64,000 nt of DNA from assembly GCA_963717145.1 (NCBI GenBank), contig OY970325.1, positions 3,040,001 through 3,104,000 on the forward strand, given 5' to 3'. The position numbers and the translations under genes were made by a program. The stretch comes from an uncultured Armatimonadetes bacterium. GTDB lineage: Bacteria > Armatimonadota > UBA5829 > DTJY01. The notes beneath the pieces were generated by a model, which worked only from the letters and a program-made list of their open reading frames with translations, did no database searches and had not been told where the DNA came from. Shown in pieces: positions 27,370 to 37,398 of this stretch. Numbering within the stretch: the first letter of the stretch is position 1; the number at the start of each line of letters is the position of its first letter.

Positions 27370-28632
27370 ATGCGATATTCCGCGCCGAGGGGAACCCAGG
27401 ACATACTCCCCCGTGAGAGCCCCCGCTGGCAGTACGTCGAGGGCAAGTTCCGCGACATCTGCCGCTTGTACGGCTATCGTGAACTCCGCACGCCTACCTT
27501 CGAGGAGACGGAGCTTTTCACGCGCAGCATCGGCGAGCATACCGACATCGTCAGCAAGGAGATGTACACGTTCCTCGACCGCGCCGAGAGGAGCATGACG
27601 CTCCGGCCCGAGGGGACGGCGCCCGTCGTCCGCGCGTATCTCCAACACAAGCTTTACGGCGAAGCGCCGGTCAACAAAGTCTACTACGTCTCGAGCATCT
27701 TCCGCTACGAACGCCCTCAAGCGGGTCGATATCGCGAGCACCATCAGGTCGGCGCCGAAGCGATCGGTTCCGCCGATCCGGCGGTCGACGCCGAGGTCAT
27801 CTCGCTCCTGATGCAATACTTGACCTCCCTGGGACTCCAGGGACTCGATCTGAAGGTCAACTCAGTCGGATGCCCGGAATGCCGGCCATCATACCGCGAG
27901 GCGCTCAGGGAGTCAGTCGCGCCGTACCTGGACGAACTCTGCGAGAATTGCCGGACACGCTATGACGCCAATCCGCTCAGGATGCTCGATTGCAAGGTCC
28001 CGATCTGCAAGGAGTTGACCGCCGCCGTCCCGAGCATCGTGGATCACCTCTGTGACGACTGCTCCGAACACCTGAGGGCGGTCCTCGGCTACCTCGATCT
28101 TCTCGGCGTCAACTACACGGTCGATCCCAGGCTCGTGCGCGGGTTCGACTACTACACGAAGACGGCATTCGAGGTCCTGAGCGCCCAACTCGGCTCACAG
28201 AACGCGGTCGGCGGCGGTGGTCGATATGACGGCCTCGTCGAAGAGATGGGCGGGGATCCCACGCCAGGCGTGGGATTCGGATCCGGCATCGAGCGCGTTC
28301 TGTTGACCATGGAAGCACTGGGGATCGAGATCCCGGTGACGACGCATCCGGATGTGTTTGTGGCAACCCTTGGCGACAAGCCTCGGGAGGCCGGCGTCAA
28401 GCTGCTGTCGGACCTGCGCAAGGCCGGAATCGCCGCCGAAACCGACTATTCGGGTAAGAGCCTGAAGGCTCAGATGAAGGCCGCCGATCGCGAACAAGCG
28501 CGTTTCGTCGTGATCATCGGGGACGATGAATTGAGCCGCGGCCAGATCAAGGTGCGGAATATGGCGACGAGGGAAGAGACCGATGTCCCGATCGATCAGG
28601 CGGTGGAGAAGATAACGAGCATGTTGGCGTGA
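27370..28632 (+). CDS. hisS: Histidyl-tRNA synthetase
   Basis: PRGTQD, LRPEGTA, FRYERPQAGR, LVRGFDYY, GGGRYDGL. Confidence 0.97.
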   Translation: MRYSAPRGTQDILPRESPRWQYVEGKFRDICRLYGYRELRTPTFEETELFTRSIGEHTDIVSKEMYTFLDRAERSMTLRPEGTAPVVRAYLQHKLYGEAPVNKVYYVSSIFRYERPQAGRYREHHQVGAEAIGSADPAVDAEVISLLMQYLTSLGLQGLDLKVNSVGCPECRPSYREALRESVAPYLDELCENCRTRYDANPLRMLDCKVPICKELTAAVPSIVDHLCDDCSEHLRAVLGYLDLLGVNYTVDPRLVRGFDYYTKTAFEVLSAQLGSQNAVGGGGRYDGLVEEMGGDPTPGVGFGSGIERVLLTMEALGIEIPVTTHPDVFVATLGDKPREAGVKLLSDLRKAGIAAETDYSGKSLKAQMKAADREQARFVVIIGDDELSRGQIKVRNMATREETDVPIDQAVEKITSMLA

Positions 28633-28667
28633 TGGAACCGCCAAGACGCCAAGGACGCCAAGCGCAA

Positions 28668-30201
28668 ATGACTTCTCAGATGCTACTGATAATCGCACTG
28701 ATGATGAGCATGACGGTGACGAGTCTCGCATCGAGTCTCACCGTCTATCCCGGCCCGACCGGAGAGCCCGCATCCCAGGACTATGAGGTCCTAGTGAACG
28801 GAAAGCCCTGCTTCGTCTACACGTCGTTCCGCTACGATCCAGAATCCAAGAGCACCATCGTGGGCAGGCCGGTGTCGCCGGTAAGCTTCTGCTACTTCGA
28901 CCATGCGGGTCCCGTAGAGGTCGAGGTGCGCTTCCTCGATGGCTTGAAAAAGGCCGGCATCGACGCGTCAAAGGTCGTCGTGCGTCCTCTGGCGCGTGAA
29001 ATACGCCCCAAGGTCGAGGATGGGCGCATCCGCATCAAGATCGATCGGCCGGGACCGATTACCGTCGAGCCGGGCGGATCGCTCAGCCATCCCCTGCACA
29101 TTTTCGCCAACCCGCCGGAGAAGGATGTCCCTGACCCGAAGGATCCCGAACGTCCTTTACTACGGCCCGGGGATCCACGAGGTGAGGGAGAAGGACCTCA
29201 AGTCTGGGCAGACGGTGTACATCGCAGGCGGCGCGGTCGTCTATCTGAAGCCGATCCCCGACGATCAGCGCACGGGCAAGCATGACGCCTACGGCCTGGA
29301 CGTCTACTGGACTGGCCCCGGCCTGTTCACCAGCACGAACCAGAAGAACATCACCCTGCGCGGCAGGGGCATCCTATGCGGGCGCAAGTCGCTGGAACAC
29401 CGACAGCGCGGACCGCTCGCGAAGTTCGAGTTCGTCGAGAACCTGACAGTCGAGGGCGTGATCATCCGGGAGTCGCCGGTCTGGTCGCTCAATATGGTGA
29501 ACTGCCAACACGTGCGCATCTCGAACGTGAAGGTGATCGGTCACTTCGTGAACAACGACGGCATCGTCATCGGCGGGACATCCAACGCGTTGGTCGAGGA
29601 CTGCTTCTCCCACAATGCGGATGATTCCCTCGAGATCAAGGTCTGGATACCCCAGCACGATGTCACCTTCCGCAACTGCGTCGTCTGGAACGACATCGGA
29701 GGCAGCTTCGGCCTGTTTCACGAGTGCGGGGCCGAGCTGTCGAACGTCCTGTTCGAGAACTGCACGGTCCTGCACTCGACCGACGATTCATCGGTATGCC
29801 CCGTGGTCGGCTTGAAGGTCACGGGCTCGGGGAACGTGCACAACGTCCGGTTCGAGAACATCACGATCGAGCACGTGGCGTCGAAGAAGCGGCCCGCCCT
29901 CAAGCTGATCAACAACTGGGACGACTGGCACATCGAATACCCTACGAAGCCCGGATCGCCGTATGAACTGCTCGAACCGACGAAGCACGATCCGCCTTAC
30001 GCGCCGATCCGTGACGTGGTCTTCAAGAATATCCGCGTGCTGGAGTGCAAGAATACGGATGTCGTGCTGATGTCCGACGGTGCCGGCAGCCCAATTGAGG
30101 GTATCATCTTCGAGAACGTGGTCATTGGCGGGAAGCGTCTCGTCCCCGACGATCCGCGGATTGTGAAGAATGAGTGGGTCCGCAAAGTGACTGTGCGGTA
30201 G
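28668..30201 (+). CDS. Secreted beta-helix glycoside hydrolase (GH28/GH49-like); apparent frameshift near 29148; start uncertain
   Basis: Signal peptide, LHIFANP, (P)NVLYYGPGIH, VYIAGGAVV, NNDGI, NADDSLEIK; ORFs 28629..29285 and 28996..30201 join. Confidence 0.75.
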
Positions 30202-30205
30202 GCAG

Positions 30206-30292
30206 GGTGTTTCGGGATTTGAGTGCAACGGAAATCCCGAAACGCATCTGTAGCCTTTCGGGATTTCCGTTGCACTCAAATCCCGAAACACC
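30206..30292. repeat. Perfect 37-bp inverted repeat with internally palindromic arms
   Basis: GGTGTTTCGGGATTTGAGTGCAACGGAAATCCCGAAA and its reverse complement. Confidence 0.88.
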
Positions 30293-30313
30293 GAACACCG
30301 ATTACGAGTAGGA

Positions 30314-32114
30314 GTGGCGAATATGGAATGGCAGAGGACGAAGAAATGCGGCGAGTTGACGGCTGAGAACATCGGGCAGGAAGTACGCCTGAACGGTTGG
30401 GTCCAGAAGCGGCGTGACCACGGCGGACTGATCTTCATCGATCTCAGGGATCGCTGGGGAACCGTTCAGGTCGTGGTCGATCCTAGCCATGCGAAGGAGG
30501 CCCACGCAGCGGCGGAATCCGTCCGGAGCGAGTACGTTCTCAGCGTGCAGGGCAAGGTCCGGCAACGCCCCGAGGGCACCGAGAACCCGAACCTCAACAC
30601 CGGGCAGGTGGAAGTCGTCACCGACCAGATCTTCATTCTCAACACTTCCAAGACGCCTCCGTTCCCGATCTCGGATGAGGTCGATGTGGACGAACTCGTT
30701 CGTCTGAAGTACCGGTATCTCGACCTCCGGCGACCTGCGATGCAGGAGAAGCTGATCCTCCGGCACAGGCTCATCAAGCTGATGCGCGATTTCCTCGACG
30801 CCCGCGAGTTCCTCGAGATCGAGACGCCGATCCTGATCAAGAGCACCCCCGAGGGCGCGCGCGACTACCTCGTGCCCAGCCGGCTCTATCCCGGCAGCTT
30901 CTACGCACTGCCCCAGTCGCCTCAGCAGCTCAAGCAGCTTCTCATGGTGGCCGGCATCGAGCGCTATTTCCAGATCGCCAAGTGCTTCCGCGACGAGGAC
31001 CCTCGAGCCGACCGCCAGCCGGAGTTCACACAGCTCGACCTCGAGATGTCATTCGCCAAGCAGGACGATATCCTGGAGGTCACCGAGTCGCTGATGATCC
31101 AGATCGTCGAGACGCTCTCCGACAAGAAGATCGTGAAGCCATTCCCGCGACTCACATACGCTCAGGCTATGGACAGATACGGCTCGGACAAGCCGGACCT
31201 GCGCTTCGGGCTCGAACTCATAAGCTTCGACGATCTGGTGGCCGACAGCCAGTATATGGTCTTCCGGAACGCGCTCGACAAGGGCGGCCGGGTCAAGGGA
31301 ATCCTCGCGCCGGGATGTGCGAGTTACAGCCGCAAGGATATCGACGACATCACGGCGCTGGCCCGAACGTTCGGCGCGAAGGGACTGCTGACGATCCAGG
31401 TGACGCCGGAGGGCATCAAGTCGCCGAGCGCCAAGTATCTCACGGAGCAGGAGATGTCGAGCATCGTCGAGCGGGCAGGCGCGAAGGTCGGCGACATGAT
31501 TATGATAGTCGCAGACGAGCCGGCGCTGGTCGCGAAGGCGCTCAGCGGGCTCAGGCTCGAGATCGGCGACCGGCTCAACCTGCGCGACCCGAACATGCTC
31601 TACTTCCTGTGGGTCGTCGATTTCCCGATGTTCGAATGGGACGAGAAGGCCAACCGCTGGGATTCGGCGCACCATCCGTTCACCTCGCCACACGAGGACG
31701 ACATCGCCCTGCTCGACTCGGATCCGGGCAAGGCGAGGTCGAATGCATACGACCTCGTGTGCAGTGGAGCTGAGGTCGCGAGTGGAAGCATCAGGATCCA
31801 CCAGCGCGAGGTCCAGGAGAAGGTCTTCCGGCTGCTCAACATCCCCGAGGAGGAGCAGGTCGCGCGGTTCGGGCACATGCTCGAGGCCTTCGAGTACGGC
31901 GCCCCACCCCACGGCGGAATCGCTCCCGGCATCGACCGCCTGGTGATGTTGATGCTCGGGCGAGGATAACATCCGCGAGGTGATCGCGTTCCCGAAGACG
32001 GCGACGGCATACGATCCGATGACCGAGGCGCCCTCGCCGGTCACCGAGGAGCAGCTCAAGGAGTTGCACATCAAGCTCCGCGAGGGAGCGGCATCGGATA
32101 TTCGGACAGTCTGA
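30314..32114 (+). CDS. aspS: Aspartyl-tRNA synthetase; apparent frameshift near 31960
   Basis: [36 protein letters not shown]; shifted frame gives [13 protein letters not shown] to TGA 32114. Confidence 0.96.
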
Positions 32115-32118
32115 GCGG

Positions 32119-32181
32119 AATGGTTGATGGTTCATGGGGCGATCCGCCGTTAGCCATCAACCATCTCCCCATTGACCATTC
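32119..32181. repeat. Heptamer inverted tandem-repeat element
   Basis: AATGGTTGATGGTTCATGG ... CCATCAACCATC..CCATTGACCATT. Confidence 0.8.
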
Positions 32182-32275
32182 CCCTGAATGTACCCCTTGA
32201 TTTTCGTGGCATCCCCTGCTAATGTGGTATCGAGCCGGTTGGCAGACGGCGATCATCCCAGCAGAGGTGACATGA

Positions 32276-33880
32276 ATGAAATACACTACGACGGCATCCC
32301 TCGGTATTCTCATGCTGCTTGTCGCGAGCTTAGGCCTGGCGCAAGACGCCGACCCGCGCCTGGATCAGAAGATCGGCACAAAGGCGCTCGGACAACCGCT
32401 GGGCAGCTTCGTGACGGCGCTCGGCATCCAGACCGGAGTCACTGTGAAGGCCGACAAAGGCGTGGCAGACCACAAGATCACTGTCCTGACCAAGGACCTC
32501 CCACTCTCCCAGCTACTCTCGGGAATCGCCGACGCCCTGCATATCCAACTCAGAAGCGCGAAGAGCGACAACGGCACACTGGTCTACGAGTTCTACGAGG
32601 AAGCAGCTTCCAAGAAGAAGGCTGATCAGCTCTATAGAGATTCCAAAACCGGGCTTCAGAGGCAGACGGACCATGCCGCCGATGTGCTGAGGCTCAACCT
32701 GCCGGCCGATGAGCTTCAGAAGAAGATCGAAGCCGACCCCCTGGCTTCGCCCTACCTCGGCGACGCGAGTTTCCGGACCGGGATCGAGGTGTACAGCAAG
32801 CTTTCCGACAAAGACCGCGCGAGGTTGTGGAATGTGGGCTCGCTGCCGGTCTCGCTGGACAAGGTGCCCGAGGACACCCGCAAGAAGATCGTCGAGATGT
32901 ATGACCAGAACCGCAAGCAGCGCGAGGAGGCGGACAAGGTCAAGCTTACGGACACAGTGGCGTCCCTGGCCTTCGAGATGCAGGACGATCCGCTGGCTGG
33001 AAGATCGCTCTCGTTCAACATAGTCGGCAGTGGGACACACGGCATGACCTACATGTATATGCAGGTCGAGGAATCCGGCCCTGATCTGCTTGGCAACGAC
33101 GAGTTCTTCACCGTCAAGGAGAACAAGGATACGGGGGAGTATGAGACTGAGACCAAACAGATCCCCGAGAAGCTGAACGTCGATGCCAACATCGAACTGC
33201 CGGACGTCACTATGCTCCAGGCGATGCAGCGACTCCACGACGCAACCGGGGTGAACATCATCGCCGACCACTATACTCCTCGCTATTCCGCTCAGGCCTA
33301 TATAGACAAGTGGGCGATCACCCGAGGCGAGACCATAGCGCATGAGGTCGAGAAGATCACAGAGGTATACGGGTGCAAGTGGAAGCTCGCGGGCGACGCA
33401 TGCGTCATTTGGAGCAAGTCCTGGTACGAGGATCGCAACGTCGAGATACCGATGTCGACCATTCAGCGATGGCAGTCGGCGTACCAGAAACTCCTGCAAT
33501 TCGGATTGCCTGAGCTTGTCGAGATGGCTCTTCTGAGTGACAAGCAGCAGAGAACGTTCCGCTACTATGGCCTGTCAGTCCCCGACTCGTTGTACCCGTC
33601 AATGCGCGCGCTCAGGTTCTATTCGTCCCTCGCTCCATCCGAGCTGGAGCAGGCGGCCTCCGAGCAGGGACTCTCGGCGGACAAGCTGGCGGAGGATCAG
33701 AAGCAGGCCTTGATCCACTGGCTGACATCGCCCGTGGGCCCGGAACGGAAGCCGTCGCAGTTCTCAGACGAATCAGCGCCGGGAGCGAACATCCGGATCT
33801 TTGAGAGGGACGCGGAGTGGGTTTTCCGCGTGCAGACATCAAAGGGACCAGTGCGAGAGGATATCTTGAAGCTCAAGTAA
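32276..33880 (+). CDS. Secreted protein with STN/secretin-N-like segments; paralog of 51443..53239
   Basis: Signal peptide, DPRLDQKI, LGIQTGVTV, LHDATGVNIIADHY. Confidence 0.7.
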   Translation: MKYTTTASLGILMLLVASLGLAQDADPRLDQKIGTKALGQPLGSFVTALGIQTGVTVKADKGVADHKITVLTKDLPLSQLLSGIADALHIQLRSAKSDNGTLVYEFYEEAASKKKADQLYRDSKTGLQRQTDHAADVLRLNLPADELQKKIEADPLASPYLGDASFRTGIEVYSKLSDKDRARLWNVGSLPVSLDKVPEDTRKKIVEMYDQNRKQREEADKVKLTDTVASLAFEMQDDPLAGRSLSFNIVGSGTHGMTYMYMQVEESGPDLLGNDEFFTVKENKDTGEYETETKQIPEKLNVDANIELPDVTMLQAMQRLHDATGVNIIADHYTPRYSAQAYIDKWAITRGETIAHEVEKITEVYGCKWKLAGDACVIWSKSWYEDRNVEIPMSTIQRWQSAYQKLLQFGLPELVEMALLSDKQQRTFRYYGLSVPDSLYPSMRALRFYSSLAPSELEQAASEQGLSADKLAEDQKQALIHWLTSPVGPERKPSQFSDESAPGANIRIFERDAEWVFRVQTSKGPVREDILKLK

Positions 33881-33978
33881 GCGGTCACACCTGGAGCGCT
33901 ATGGAGTTTTGCGCACCGCATATGAGGGCATAAAGATATTGACGCAGGGCTCCACGCATCCTGCGGAGGAGACCCTGA

Positions 33979-34446
33979 ATGAGCATCGGCAGCTACATCG
34001 TAGTATTGATCGTATTGGGAATCGTCTCCGGACACCTGACGCATATCATGGTTTCCGGAGTCATCTTTCGTGGATTGCGTCATAAGATCAAGAAACTGGG
34101 AGAGACAAGAGGCGGCAAGTGGGAGTTCTTCAGCGAAGGGTTCCGCTGCCAGTTGTGCTCGGGAATCTGGTACTCCTCAATCATCGCGCTGTGGTTGACG
34201 ATCGCGATATACGTCCTCAAGCCTTCCTTGTGGGCAACCATTGCTGAGCACCCGCTGGGCCGGTTGGTGCCGTTTGCGTGGATCAGCCTATTCATCATGC
34301 AGGCATTCTTCATAGCGGCCGTGGGGCACTTGTTCCGCGAAATCGTCGGCCTGGTGGAGGATCAGCGGACTCACCAGGAAGGCGAGACCAACATGCTGGA
34401 GCAGACGATGCGCCGCATGAGTTCAGACGAGCCTGCGGACAAGTAA
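33979..34446 (+). CDS. DUF1360-like membrane protein
   Basis: TM helices, IFRGLR, FRCQLCSGIW (CxxC-xxx-W). Confidence 0.6.
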   Translation: MSIGSYIVVLIVLGIVSGHLTHIMVSGVIFRGLRHKIKKLGETRGGKWEFFSEGFRCQLCSGIWYSSIIALWLTIAIYVLKPSLWATIAEHPLGRLVPFAWISLFIMQAFFIAAVGHLFREIVGLVEDQRTHQEGETNMLEQTMRRMSSDEPADK

Positions 34447-34595
34447 TGGCGTGCTGAGCAGCATCCCCGCCTACCCGTCGATCTCTTCTCCTCGGGGCGC
34501 ATCTTCATCGGCGACGATCTCACACTATCCCAACACCACGCACAGCAGGAAAAGGACGCAACGGCGCCGCAACCTACATACGGAGGTCGTGACCT

Positions 34596-35459
34596 ATGGT
34601 ACAACTCGACGAGAACCAGAACTGCAACCTGTGCGGAAGCCCTGATCGAGATATTATTATTGACGGACAATTCGGCAAGGTCGCAAAATGCGGTCAGTGC
34701 GGGCTGATGTTCCGGACAACGAGCATCCGCGACACAGCCGAGCAATCGGGAGGCCGTGCGCGCTTCGCCGTGCAGTACGAGGCTAAGCAGAGGAATCAGC
34801 TTGCCGACTACGAGACGTGCTTCTCCGTCATCGATAAGTACCCACTCCCTCCGGATCCACATATGCTCGAGATCGGATCGCACACAGGGCACTTTCTGAA
34901 CCTGGCTCGAAAGAGAGGGTGGAGAGTCAAGGGTGTTGAGCCCAATGCTGAGCTTTCCCATCGAGCGATGGAGCAGTTCGATCTCGACGTTGCCATAAGC
35001 TTCCTGCGAGATGCCCAGTTGCCGGAAAACGAATTCGACGCCGTGGTGCTGTTCCACGTGATCGAGCACTTCTTCGACCCCCTGGCGGAACTGCGCGAGA
35101 TGCACCGCGTTATGCGGCCGGGAGGTATACTGGTGGCCGAGACTCCGCGTTACGACACGATTTTCTTCAAGCTGTTGAAGGAACGCGAGCGAAGCGTCAT
35201 CCCGAACCATTACTTCTACTTCACGCGACGCTCGCTCACAGATATGGTGACCAAAGCGGGCTTCACCGTGCTGAGGCTCGATAGCGTCGGACGTACGCTC
35301 TCACTAGATCGCCTGCACTTCAATGTTAGCAAGATGCTCGGCTCCAAGTCAGCAAACCGCCTGTTCCTGCGACTCTCGGACAGCCTGCATTTCGACCGCA
35401 TCAAGATACACTTGAACATGCACGACATGATGCGGATATATGCTCGCAAGAACGAGTAG
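34596..35459 (+). CDS. Class I SAM-dependent methyltransferase with N-terminal zinc site
   Basis: CNLCG...CGQCG, LEIGSHTG, GVEPN, FHVIEH. Confidence 0.88.
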   Translation: MVQLDENQNCNLCGSPDRDIIIDGQFGKVAKCGQCGLMFRTTSIRDTAEQSGGRARFAVQYEAKQRNQLADYETCFSVIDKYPLPPDPHMLEIGSHTGHFLNLARKRGWRVKGVEPNAELSHRAMEQFDLDVAISFLRDAQLPENEFDAVVLFHVIEHFFDPLAELREMHRVMRPGGILVAETPRYDTIFFKLLKERERSVIPNHYFYFTRRSLTDMVTKAGFTVLRLDSVGRTLSLDRLHFNVSKMLGSKSANRLFLRLSDSLHFDRIKIHLNMHDMMRIYARKNE

Positions 35460-35536
35460 AGGGGAGAAGCGGCCCCAACCACCTGGTTTCGAGCACAGAT
35501 AGCCACATACCCCAGTTAGCTGGTATATTTGCGAGG

Positions 35537-35565
35537 TTGTAAGAACGCCGTTCTTGTGGTATGAT
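35537..35565 (+). promoter_or_regulatory. Sigma-70 promoter of 6S RNA
   Basis: TTGTAA-N17-TATGAT with extended TGn. Confidence 0.65.
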
Positions 35566-35590
35566 AGGGGCGTGCAGAGTTTGAGCAAAC

Positions 35591-35771
35591 GACCCTGCTG
35601 TGTTCGTGATAGCTGAGGGGGTTTTGAGCCGACACTCAAAACATAAGGAGCCGGATTCGTCCGTGGAGTGGTAGCCCTGTAGTACTGGGGATTCGCGAAA
35701 GCGTACGTGAAGGCATCCGCCCGTTTTTCTACGGGTTCAAAAACTTGTTAGGCACACGGCATGGCGGGGTT
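35591..35771 (+). ncRNA. ssrS: 6S RNA
   Basis: About 180-nt rod: ACCCTGCTGTG/CATGGCGGGGT closing stem, TTGAGCC/GGGTTCAA inner stem, GGCATCCGCC element; lies between aspS and rarA. Confidence 0.85.
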
Positions 35772-35799
35772 TTTTGCGCCCCCTACTTAAGGACCACTC

Positions 35800-37197
35800 A
35801 TGCGACGCTCCAGCGATGATCAGCCCGTCGACCTCTTCGACCATGCCGTCGAACTGGCAGCGGGCACGGAAATGCCTCTCGCGGCACGCATGCGCCCGCG
35901 GAACCTCGACGAATTCATCGGCCAGGAGCACATAGTCGGACCGGGCAAGCTGCTCCGCCGAGCGATCGAGACCGACGAGCTGCGATCGGCCATCTTCTGG
36001 GGACCGCCCGGCTGCGGAAAGAGCAGCCTCGCATCCATCATCGCACAGACAACCAAGAGCCAGTTCGAAAGCTTCAGCGCCGTCACGTCAGGCGTCGCAG
36101 ATATCCGCAAGATCATCGAAAAGGCCAGGGAGCGCAGGAAGCTCTACGGCCGCAGAACAATCCTCTTCGTGGACGAAATTCACCGCTTCAACAAGGCCCA
36201 GCAGGACGCCTTTCTGCCCCACGTCGAGGACGGCACCATCGTCCTCATCGGGGCGACCACCGAGAACCCCTACTTCGAGGTCAACTCGCCGCTGATCTCC
36301 CGTTCCCGCATCTTCAAGTTCGAGCAGCTTGGAGACGAACAGATCGAGCGTATTATCCGCCGCGCGATCGAGGACAAGGAGCGCGGGCTCGGCGGCTTCA
36401 ACGTCGAGATGACGGACGAGGCCATGGAGTTCATCGTCGGGATTGCGAACGGTGATGCGCGCGGGGTGCTGAATGCGCTCGAACTCGCGGCGCTGACCGT
36501 CCCTCCCGACGAGAACGGCAGGCGGCTCGTGACGATGGAGATCGCCGAGGAAGCGGTTCAGCAGAGGGCGCTGAGTTACGATAAGGACGGCGACAATCAT
36601 TACGACATCATCTCGGCATTCATCAAGTCCATGAGGGGATCCGACCCCGATGCGGCGCTTTACTGGCTCGCCCGGATGATCTCTGCGGGCGAGGACCCGA
36701 GATTCATCGCGCGGAGGATCGTCATCCAGGCGGCGGAGGACATCGGGAACGCGGACCCGATGGCGCTGGTGGTGGCGACGGCGGCGGCACATGCGGTCGA
36801 ATACGTGGGGATGCCGGAAGCGCGGATACCGCTCGCCCAGGCGACGGTCTACCTGGCGTGTGCGCCCAAGAGCAATGCCTCCTATGTCGGTCTCAATCGG
36901 GCGCTGAAAGACGTCGCCGAGAGGCGCATTCAGCCGGTGCCGCTCCATCTCAGGGATACCAACTATCGGGGAGCGCGCCAGATGGGCCACGGCAAGGGGT
37001 ACAAATACCCGCATGATTTCCCAGGCGGCTATGTCGAACAACAGTACATGCCGGATGGCGTTCAGTCTCAGCCGTACTATGAGCCGACCACCAACGGGCG
37101 CGAGGCGAAGATCAAAGAACGGCTCGACCGGCTGCGGAGACACGGAGACGCGGAGACTGGGGGACGCGGGGACGCGGGGACGGAAGCATCCGAGTAG
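35800..37197 (+). CDS. rarA: Replication-associated recombination protein A (MgsA)
   Basis: PLAARMRP, WGPPGCGKS, DEIHRFNKAQQD, GATTENP, FIKSMRGSD. Confidence 0.96.
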   Translation: MRRSSDDQPVDLFDHAVELAAGTEMPLAARMRPRNLDEFIGQEHIVGPGKLLRRAIETDELRSAIFWGPPGCGKSSLASIIAQTTKSQFESFSAVTSGVADIRKIIEKARERRKLYGRRTILFVDEIHRFNKAQQDAFLPHVEDGTIVLIGATTENPYFEVNSPLISRSRIFKFEQLGDEQIERIIRRAIEDKERGLGGFNVEMTDEAMEFIVGIANGDARGVLNALELAALTVPPDENGRRLVTMEIAEEAVQQRALSYDKDGDNHYDIISAFIKSMRGSDPDAALYWLARMISAGEDPRFIARRIVIQAAEDIGNADPMALVVATAAAHAVEYVGMPEARIPLAQATVYLACAPKSNASYVGLNRALKDVAERRIQPVPLHLRDTNYRGARQMGHGKGYKYPHDFPGGYVEQQYMPDGVQSQPYYEPTTNGREAKIKERLDRLRRHGDAETGGRGDAGTEASE

Positions 37198-37224
37198 TGG
37201 CCGCGCCTCGGTGCCGGCCTACCT

Positions 37225-37370
37225 GTAGGGGCGAAGCATTGGCCCATCGGACTGCACCGACCTGCCGTACAGATCGCCAATGCTTCGCCCGGACTTGAGT
37301 GGGAGTAGGGGCGAAGCATTGGCCCGTCGGACTGCGCCGCGTTTCGGCAGACATCGCCAATGCTTCGCCC
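37225..37370. repeat. Tandem pair of GTAG-type REP doublets
   Basis: Two copies of GTAGGGGCGAAGCATTGGCCC...GCCAATGCTTCGCCC. Confidence 0.85.
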
Positions 37371-37398
37371 GGCTTTGAGTAGGAGTATGAGTAGGAGT

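Noticed and set aside
30314-32114. aspS and the other split genes as pseudogenes or programmed frameshifts
   Set aside because: Single isolated indels with intact sequence on both sides and no slippery motif; aspS is normally essential
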